64,000 nt of DNA from the human T2T-CHM13v2.0 reference genome, Homo sapiens. Both the position numbers and the translations under genes were made by a program. The DNA is taken from NCBI RefSeq assembly GCF_009914755.1, contig NC_060929.1, one strand, 5' to 3'. Of this stretch, positions 54,606 through 64,000 are shown in pieces (position 1 is the first letter of the stretch; every line of letters starts with the position of its first letter). The notes beneath the pieces are model-generated. The model saw only the letters and a program-made list of their open reading frames with translations. It searched no databases and was not told the DNA's origin.

Positions 54606-54800
54606 CAGTGGCTCTCAGCATGCGCTACCCATTGGAATTACCTATTACCTCCAATGGGTAATAGGGAAGCTTTAAGAACTTGCATGCTGGGGTCCCACCC
54701 TGAGGCACAGATATGATTGGTCTGGGGTGTGGCCTGAGCCATGGGACTTTAGAAAACTCTGTAGGTGGTTCCAATGTGCAGCCAGGGTTGAGACTCTGAG
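54606..54800. mobile_element. MER5A with an internal inverted micro-insertion
   Basis: CAGTGGCTCTCA...CATTGGAATTACCT...GATTGGTCTGGGGTGTGGCCTG...GTGCAGCCAGGGTTGAGA. Confidence 0.8.
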
Positions 54801-55699
54801 TTGCAAAGTTTTAGTATCGTATTCGCCTCCTGTATTTGTCACAGGTTGGCTAGGTGTTTGCTTAATCAAGGGAACTCAGACTCAAATACCTATGGATAAG
54901 GCAAAAATGTAAAAACAGTAGTAATTAAAAAAATAGAGATAAAGTGTGATGATTGACTTAAAGTGTGGCAATTGACTTTGACCTCAGCTTTGGGAGGATA
55001 CTAGGGAGTGGTGGGGAACAGTAAACTGGAGAGCCCTTGGACATCTAAAGAGGAGCCCCTCTACCCCAATCAGTTATTGCCATCTGGGCCCAGTGTGGTC
55101 AGATCTCATTTTTTTCAAAAGAAGATGGCAGTTAGTATTTATTAAGGGAAAGCTCCCTGTTTTTAAATGTGGGTGATTACTTTTAAAACAGTTAAACATC
55201 ATCTGGATTAAAGATGTTTTATACCTTGTGGGCTACCAGTTTGTATTCTCTGTCTTAATTATTTTTCTCTACAAACTACTCAGATCCCTGAGGTTTATTT
55301 ATTTGATTTGCCATAAACCACTGTGTGTTGTTAATTTACATTAAATAATGTAATTTTTAAATTGAGAAATGTAACACTTTTATTTCATTATGGAAAATAT
55401 AAAACATGCAAATTATGAACACAGAAAAATTATTGCCTTTCTACTCAGAAATAAACATGCTGTATATACTTTCAGTCTTTATTTCTCTATCATATACAGA
55501 TCTTTATATATAGAACGTGTTACAAATGCAGATCCCTGAATCCCACTCTTGGGCTAATTCAGTATGTCTGGAAGTAGGCCTGGGAATCTGAATGTATAAC
55601 ATGTTTTGAGAAGATTATAATATATACAATTATAATTGAGATGCTCTTTTCTTAAAAATGGGCTTTAAAAACTTAATCCGTAATGAAATTTTTAAATGA

Positions 55700-57350
55700 C
55701 ATTTAGTATTCTATATAATTCTTGAAAAATTCATTTGAATATATCACAATATAAACAATGTTTTAAAAAACTGAAATGAACATCCCTCTAAATAGTTTTA
55801 CATACCCATTTAATTAGGATAAATTTCTACAAGTAGAGTTGTTGGATTAAAGAATATGTACATTTTCAGGCTTCCAATATAAATGGGCAAATTGTCTTCC
55901 AGAAAGGATACAATTTTTTTTAAATTACATGTTTATTTTTTGTAGAGAGCATCAATTTTTCCATACTCCTGCTAAAACCTGGAATTCTCATCTGAAAGAT
56001 CAATTTAGTAGCAGCAAATATCTTACTTTCATTTGAATTTACCTGCTGCATGCTAGAGAAGTTTAACATTTTGTTTTTATTTTTTGCCATTTTTATTTCT
56101 GTTAATGATTGTCCATTTCCTATTCTTGTTATATTAAGAGTATACCTTTTTCTGTCATGTGTATCGAAACTGCTTTTTTCCAATTTAAAAATTTGCTTTC
56201 CAAAGCCTTTTTTATACTGAAGTTCTAATTCAGTATAGTCAAATCTGTAGATGTTTTTTCCTTTATGGATTCTGCATTTACTTATATGTAGGATTGTTGA
56301 TACAATCTAAGTTAAAAAATTCATACATTTTCTTCTTCTTTTAAGAATTACATTTTAACTTTAATTTTTTAACCTATTGTAAATTAATTTTGGCATATAA
56401 TACAAGATGTGGGTTGAAATTTTATTTGTTTTTTTTTTCTGCTATTTAAATAGTCAAGTTTTCAATGTGTCTGAGTAAATTTTAACTTACTTTTTCCTAG
56501 AAAAGAAACTATTTCAATGAGATTTTTCAAATTTATTAGCCTGGAGTTATGCACAGTATTCTTTATAGTAAAAAAATTATTCTTATTTCCAATATTTTTA
56601 ATTTGCTTCAGTCTCTTCCTCTGTTAGGCATTCTATAGGTATTTTTAAACATTTACATTTAATGGTTATTTGGGTAACTTAACAATTCATTAATTTTTTG
56701 CTTTTTGATTTGTTAATTTTTGCTTATCTTAGTTTATTATTTTTCTAATATTGTCTTCAATTCTTACATTTATTTCCACTTTTTCTTGTTGAGTAATGAC
56801 ACATAAAGTTTTAAATTTTAATATACATATAGCTTTGACCACCTCACATATATTTTGGAATGTAGTAGCCTCAAATTTTATTATTCTTGAAATAATTTGT
56901 AATAAGGATTTTGATTTCCACTTTCAAAAGTTATTCAGGAGAACATTAATAATTTCTAAGAAGTCGATATATTAAAACTTGAAACTTTAATTTCAAATTT
57001 TATTGCATTATGCTCTGAAACGTGATCTGTACATTTATTTTTGCAGCCTATTGAGGTATTCATTGTGGCTTAATAAATGACAGATTTTTATGACTTTTAT
57101 GAGTGCTGGAAGGAAGATATATTCCCTTATTGTAGAGTATCTAGTTTGTTAAATCAACATAATTAGTTTATGTTATTTGCATCCTTTTGTCTTAATTTTT
57201 GTTCACCTTTCCAGTCAAAGATTTAGATGTATTTAATTATCTCACTGCTAATCTTTTCTCCTCAATATCTATGTAACGTAATTTATATATTTCAAAGAAA
57301 TTTCTTGGTTAATAAAAAACTAATATTTTTCATTATGCATTTTATCCTTT
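55700..57350 (-). mobile_element. Old L1M fragments
   Basis: AT-rich antisense L1 motifs (AAGTAGAGTTGTTGGAT, CAAATTGTCTTCCAGAAAGG, TTTTATTGCATTATGCTCTGA). Confidence 0.6.
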
Positions 57351-57378
57351 ATATTATTATTTGTTTAATTAAAAAAAA

Positions 57379-57672
57379 TTTTTTTTGAGGTGTGATCTCA
57401 CTCTGTCACCCGGTCTGGGGTGTAGTGGTGCAATTACAGCTCAATGCAGCCTTGACCTCCCCAGACTCAGGTGATTCTCCTACCTCAGCCTCCTGAGTAG
57501 CTGGGGCCACAGGTGGGTGCCACCATGCCTGGCTTATTTTTGTATTTTTGTAGTGCCAGGGTTCCACCAGGATGCCCAGGCTGGTCTCGAACTCCTGAAC
57601 TCAAGTGATCCACCTGCCTTGCTTGGCCTCCTCAAGTGCTGGGATTATACCTGTAAGCCACTGTGCCCGGCT
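57379..57672 (-). mobile_element. AluJ
   Basis: CAGCTCAATGCAGCCTTGACCTCC...GACTCAGGTGATTCTCCTACC (J-type). Confidence 0.92.
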
Positions 57673-58237
57673 AAGGCTTCTTTTTAAAACTTTTTCTACT
57701 TTTCACATAATACTATTGTGAACCTGATTTCCTAATGTTTAGGTGGTCTGTCATGTCTTTCTCCATTTCTCTAACTTTTGCACTTTTTTTTTCCTTTGGT
57801 ATGGGTTACTTGGTTTTAGAGATATCTCCTTTCAATAGTATGAAATTTAGTCATGTGTGTGTGTTGTGGGAAGTCACTCATTTTGAGAGTTTTTTTTTTT
57901 TTGCCATGTAAGAGAGTTGTTAAACTGATTTATATTTATTTCTGAATGTCTATAACGGTCTTATTTATTTTTCTAATGTGAATTGTCTATTAGAAAGTAA
58001 ATTTTCTTTTCTGAGAGTGAGACATAAAGGAAATTTTTGGGCAAATGAAATAAACTGAGTTTTTGGGATTAATAAATCAATTTGTAAATCTAAGGATTAA
58101 TAAAAATAGAATGTTAATTTTCATGGTTTCTTGATATTTACTAAAATGGTTGAATTTTTTTCTGATCTTTTAAATGTATTTTTCTCTGTCACATGTTTTG
58201 GTTATTTTTTCCATAGGTAAAGAAAATGTATTAGTAT

Positions 58238-59160
58238 TACTTTTAATTGACACATAATAATTGAACATATTTATGGAAAGCAGTGTGATATTTTGAACAT
58301 GTATATACTATATAATGATCAAATCAGGGGAGTTAGCATATCTATCACTTCAAATATTTATCATTTCTTTGTGCTGGGAACATTCAAAATCTTCTATCTA
58401 TTTGAGAATATACAATAAATTATTGTTGACTGTAGTCATCCCACAATGTTAGAGAACACTGGAACTTATTCCTCTTAGCTCACTGCAATTTTTATCCATT
58501 AACCAACGTATCCCTGTTTCCCTGCACCCCTACTCTTCCCAGTCTTTAGTAACCACTATTCTACTTTCTACTTATGTGAAATCAACTTTGTTAGCTTCCA
58601 CATATGAGTGAGAACATGTGGTTATTTATCTTTCTGTGACTGGCTTACTGCACTTAACATGTCTTCCAGACTCATCCATGTTGCCATGATGAATGAGAGT
58701 ATTTCATTCTTTTAAAATAACTGAATAGTATTCCATTATGTATATATACCACATTTTCTTTGTCCATTCATCTGCTGATGGATGCACGTTGATTTCATAT
58801 CTTGGTTATCGTGAATAGTTCTGAAATAAACATAGGAGGTCAGATATCTCCTCAACATACTGATTTCCTTTTCTCTGTATGTATACCTAGTGGTGGGATA
58901 ACTGGATCATGTGGTAGTTCTATTTTTAGTTTTTAAAGCAGCCTCTGTTCTGTTTTCCTTAATGGGGGAAATTCCATAAGAATTTATATAACATAAGAAT
59001 TTTCATTTTTACCAATAGTAAGAGTTTCTCTTTCTCTGCATCATCACCAGCATTTGTTATTTTTTGTCTCTTTGATAATGGCCATTCTAACTGGGGTGAG
59101 ATGATATCTCACTGTGGTTTTGATTTTCATTTCCCCTCATGATTAATGATGTTAAGCATT
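58238..59160 (-). mobile_element. L1MA-type 3' end
   Basis: TTTTAATTGACACATAATAATTG...ATGATCAAATCAGGG...CACATATGAGTGAGAACATG...GCCATTCTAACTGGGGTGAGATG. Confidence 0.88.
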
Positions 59161-62100
59161 TTATTTTTTATTTTTGTTTTTTTTTTCCATAGCTTATTGG
59201 GGTACAGGTGGTGTTTGGTTACATTAGTAAGTTCTTTAGTGGTGATTTGTGAGATTTTGGTGCACCCATCACTCAAGCAGTATACACTGTACCGTATTTG
59301 TAGTCTTTTACCCTCGCCCCTCTCCTACCCTTCCCCCCATGTCCTGAAAGTCCATTGTGTCATTCTTATGCCTTTGCATTCTCATAGCTTAGCTCCCACA
59401 TATCAGTGAGAACATATGATGTTTGGTTTTCCATTCTTGAGTTACTTCACTTAGAATAATAGTCTCCAATCTCATCCGGGTTGCTGGGAATGCCGTTAAT
59501 TCATTCCTTTTTATGGCTGAGTAGTATTCCATTGTAGATATTCCACTCGTTGATTGGTGGGCATTTGGGTTGGTTCCACAATTTTGCAATTGCGAATTGT
59601 GCTTCTATAAACGTGAGTGTGCAAGTATTTTTTTCGTATAATGACTTCTTTTCCTCTGGGTAGATACCCAGTAGTGGGATTGCTAGATCAAATGGTAGTT
59701 CTATTTTTAGTTCTTTAAGGGGTCTCCACACTGTTTTCTGTAGTGGCTGTACTAGTTTACATTCCCACCAGCAGTGTAGAAGTGTTCCCTAATCGCTGCA
59801 TCCACGCCAACATCTACTGTTTTTTGATTTTTTGATTATGGCCATTCTTGCAGGAGTAAGTGCTATTGCATTGTGGTTTTGATTTCCCTGATCTTTAGTG
59901 ATGTTGAGCGTTTTTTCATATGTTTGTTGGTCATTTGCATATCTTCTTCTGAGAATTGTTCATTCATGTCCTTAGCTCACTTTTTGATGGGATTGTTTTT
60001 TCTTGCTGATGGCGTTTGAGTTTGTTGTAGATTCGGGATATTAGTCTTTTGTCAGATGTATAGATTGTGAAGATTTTTCTCTCACTTTGTGGGTTGTCTG
60101 TTTACTCTGCTGACTGTTCCTTTTGCCATGCAAAAGCTCTTTAGTTCAATTAAGTTCCAGCTATTTATCATGGTTTTTATTGCATTTACTTTTGGGTTCT
60201 TGGTCATGAAATCCTTGCCTAAGCCAATGTTTAGAAGGGTTTTTCCAGTGTTATCTTCTAGAATTTTTACAGTTTCAAGTCTTAGATTTAAGTTCTTAAT
60301 CTATCTTGAGTTGATTTTTGTATAAGGTGAGAGATGAGGATCCAGTTTCATCTCCCACATGTGGCTAGCCAATTATCCCAGCACCATTTGTTGAAAAGGG
60401 TGTCCTTTTCCCACATTTTTTTTTTTTTTTGCTTTGTCAAAGATCAGTTGGCTGTAAGTATTTGGGTTTATTTCTGGTTTCTCATTCTGTTCCATTGCTC
60501 TACGTACCTATTTTTATACCAGTACCATGCTGTTTTGGTGACTACGGCCTTATAGTATAGTTTGAAATCAGGTAGTGTGATGCCTCCAGATTTGTGCTTT
60601 TTGCTTAGTCTTGCTTTGGCTATGTGAGCTCTTTTTTGGTTTCACATGAGTTTTAGAATTGTTTTTTTTTTTCCTAAGTCTGTGAAGAATGATGGTGGTA
60701 TTTTGATGAGGATTGCATTGACTTTGTAGATTGCTTTTGGGAGTATGGTTATTTTCACAATGTTGATTCTACCTATCCATGATCATGGGACTGTGTTTCC
60801 ATTTGTTTGTGTCATCTATGATTTCTTTCAGCAGTGTTTTGTAGTTTTCCTTGTAGAGGTCTTTTGCCTCCTTGGTTAGGTATATTCAGAAGTATTTTAT
60901 TTTTATTTTTTGCAGTTATTGTAAAAGGAATTGAGTTCTTGAATTGATTCTCTGCTTGGTTGATGTTGGTATATAGAATAGCTACAGATTTATGTATATT
61001 AATCTTGTATCTGGAAACTTTGCTGAATTCTTTTATCTGTTCTAGGAGCTTTCTGGAGGAGTCTTTAGGGTTTTCAAGGTAAACAATTATATTGTCAGCA
61101 AACAGTGACAGTTTGACCTCCTCTTTACCAATTTGGATGCCCTATATTTCTTTCTCTTGTCTGATTGCTCTGGTTAGGAATTCCAGTACTATGTTGAAGA
61201 GGAATGGTGAAAAATGGGCATCATTTTCTTGTTTCAGTTCTCAGAAGGGATACTTTTAACTTTTCGCCATTCAGTATTATAATGGCTGTGGGTTTATCAC
61301 AGATGGCTTTTATTATATTGAGGTATGTCCCTTGTATGCTGATTTTGCTGAGAGTTTTAATAGTAAAGCGATACTGGATTTTGTTGAATGCTTTTTCTGC
61401 ATCTATTGGTATGATCATGTAATTTTTGTTTTTAATCCTGTTTATGTGGTGTATCACTTTTATTGACTCACATATGTTAAACCATCCCTGCATCCCTGGT
61501 ATAAAACCCACTTGATCATGGTGAATTATCTTTTTGATATGTTGTTGGATTTGTTTAGCAGGTATTTTGTTAAGGATTTTAGCATCTATGTTAATCAGGG
61601 ATATTGGTCTGTAGTTTTCTTTTTTGGTTATGTCCTTTCCTGGTTTTGTTATTAGGGTGATGCTGGCTTCATAGAATGAATTTGGGTGGGTTCCCTCTTT
61701 CTCTGTCTTGTGGAATAGTGTCAAAAGGATTGGTAAAAACTCTTCTTTGAATGTCTGGTAGAATTCTGCGGTGAATCCGTCTGGTCCTGGCCTTTTGTTT
61801 GTTGGTAATTTTTAAATTACCCTTTCAATCTTGCTGCTTGTTATTGGTCTGTTCAGGGTATCTAATTCTTCCTGATTTAAGCTAGGAGGGTTGTATTTTT
61901 CCAGAAATTCATCCATCTCATCTAGGTTTTCTAGTTTATGTGCATAAAGCTGTTCATAGTAGCTTTGAATGATCTTTTGTATTTCTGTGATATCAGTTGT
62001 AATATCTCCTGTTTTGTTTCTTACTGCAGTTATTTGGATTTTCTCTCTTCTTGGATAATCTTGCTAATGGTCTATCAATTTTATTTATCTTTTCAAAAAA

Positions 62101-64000
62101 TTAGCTTTTGGTTTTATTTATATTTTGTATTTTTTTGTTTCAGTTTCATTTAGTGTTGCTCTGATCTTGGTTATTTTCTTTCTTCTGCTGGGTTTGGGTT
62201 TGGGTTTGGTTTGTTCTTGTTTCTCTAGTTCCTTGAGGTGTGACCTTAGAATGTCAGTTTGTGCTTTTTCAGTCTTTTTGAAGTAGGCATTTAGGGCTAT
62301 GAACTTTCCTCTTAGCACTGCCTTTGCTGTATCCTAGAGATTTTGATAGATTGTGTCACTATTGTCATTCAGTTCAAAGAATTTTTAAATTTCCATCTTG
62401 ATTTCGCTTTTGACCCAATGCTAACTCAGGAACAGGTTATTCAATTTCCATGTATTTGCATGGTTTTGAAGATTCCTTTTGGAGTCGATTTCCAGTTTGA
62501 TTCCACTATGGTCTGAGAGAGTGCTTGATATAATTTCGATTTTCTTAAATTTATTGAGATTCATTATGTGGCCCATCATATGGTCTGTCTTGGAGACAGT
62601 TCCATGCACTGTTGAACAGAATGTGCATTCTGTGGTTGTTGGATGAAATGTCCTGTATATATCCGTTAAGTCTATTTGTTCCAAGGTATAGTTTAAATCC
62701 ATTATTTCTTTGTTGACTTTCTGCCTTGATGACCTGTCTAGTGCTGTCAGTGGAGTACTGAAGTCCCCCACTATTATTGTTTGCTATCCATCTCATTTCT
62801 TAGGTCTATTCGTAATCGTTTTATAAATTTGGGAGCTCCATTGTTAGGTGCATATATGTTTAGGATTGTGTTATTTTCCTATTGGACAAGGCCTTTTACC
62901 ATTATATAATGTCCCTCTTTGTCTTTTTTAACTGCTGTTGCTTTAAAGTTTGTTTTGTCTGATATAAGAATAGCTTACCCCTGCTCACTTTTGGTGTCCA
63001 TTTTCATGAAATGCCTTTTTCTACCCCTTTACTTTATGTGAGTCCTTATGTGTTAGGTGAGCCTGCTGAAGGCAGCAGATAGTTGTTTGGTGAGTTCTTA
63101 CCCATTCAGTGGTTCTGTGTCTTTTAAGTGGAGGATTTAGGCAATTTACATTCAATGTTAGCATTGAAATGTAAGGTACCATTCCATTCATCGTGCTATT
63201 TGTTGCGTGTGTGCCTTGGTTTTTTGTTTTTGCTTTTTAAATTGTATTTTCGTATTATAAGTCCTGTGAGATTTATACTTTAAAGAAGTTTAGAGTTTCT
63301 GCTTTGATGCATTTCCAGGATTTGTTTCAACATTTAGAGCTCCTTTTGTCAGTTCTTGTAGTTGTGGCTTGGTAGTGGCGAATTCTCTCAGCATTTGTTT
63401 GTCTGAAAAAGACTATCTTTCCTTCACATATGATACTAGTTTCACTGGGTACAACATTCTTGACTGATAATTGTTTTGTTTGAGGAGGCTGAAGATAGGG
63501 CCCCAATCCCTTCTAGTTTGTAGGGCTTCTGCTAAGAAATCTGTTGTTAATCTGATAAGTTTTCCTTTATAATTAACTGGTGCTTCTGTCTCACAGCTCT
63601 TAAGATTCTTTCCTTTGTCTTACCTTTAGATAACCTGATGACAGTGTGCCTAGGCAATGATCTTTTTGTGATGAATTTCCCAGGTGTTCTTTGTGCTTCT
63701 TGTATTTGGATGTCTAGTTCTCTATCAAGGCTGGGGAAGTTTTCCTGAATTATTCCCTCAAATATGTTTTTCCAAACTTTTAGATTTATCTTCTTCCTCA
63801 GGAGCACCTATTATTCTTAGGTTTGGTTGTTTTACATAATCCCAGACTTCTGGGAAGCTTTGTTTATATTTTCTTATTCTTTTCCTTTGTTGGATTGGGT
63901 TAATTCAAAGACCTTGTCTTGGAGCTCTGAATTTCTTTCTTCTACTTGTTCAATTCTATTGCTGAGACTTTCCAGAGCATTTTCTTTTTTTTAAATTTTA
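59161..64000 (-). mobile_element. L1PB (L1PB1-like), 3'UTR through ORF2 into ORF1; disrupted; continues past the window end
   Basis: 3' end TATTGGGGTACAGGTGGTGTTTGGTTACA; ORF2 RT fragments ([32 protein letters not shown]), EN fragment (GDFSTPL, SDHSGIKLE), ORF1 fragment (IIQENFPSL..IQIQEAQRTP); many stops and frameshifts. Confidence 0.95.

Noticed and set aside
58200-58222. Second AG|GT juxtaposition TTTTTTCCATAG|GTAAAG
   Set aside because: Weaker donor in T-rich old L1-like sequence, where such motifs arise by chance
59389-63807. RT/endonuclease-like ORFs as a possible novel retroelement system
   Set aside because: Ordinary frameshifted L1PB ORF1/ORF2 remnants

Overview
Hominoid (human-like) non-coding genomic DNA, judged from AluY and L1PA2-type repeats. 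I see no credible host protein-coding exon; the only real coding remnants are decayed LINE-1 ORF1/ORF2. The main unique feature is a CpG-island promoter-like region (~5.0-6.75 kb) with a near-perfect REST/NRSF RE1 site, two extra RE1 right-half copies, CCAAT and GC boxes, G-quadruplex tracts and candidate first-exon donors, which suggests the 5' end of a neuronal gene transcribed on +. The remaining ~57 kb looks like a long, repeat-rich first intron (many MIR/L2/CR1; mostly antisense Alu and L1; MaLR and MER4 LTRs; MER20, MER58, MER30, MER5, MER102 and MADE1 DNA transposons) and ends inside an L1PB. The most interesting oddities are the RE1 cluster, a candidate recursive-splicing AG|GTAAG site at 44695, a young 5'-inverted L1 lacking ~4.4 kb, and three independent L1 insertions truncated at almost the same point. 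I found no convincing wholly novel system. Repeat subfamily names come from recalled consensus sequences, and boundaries without TSDs are approximate.
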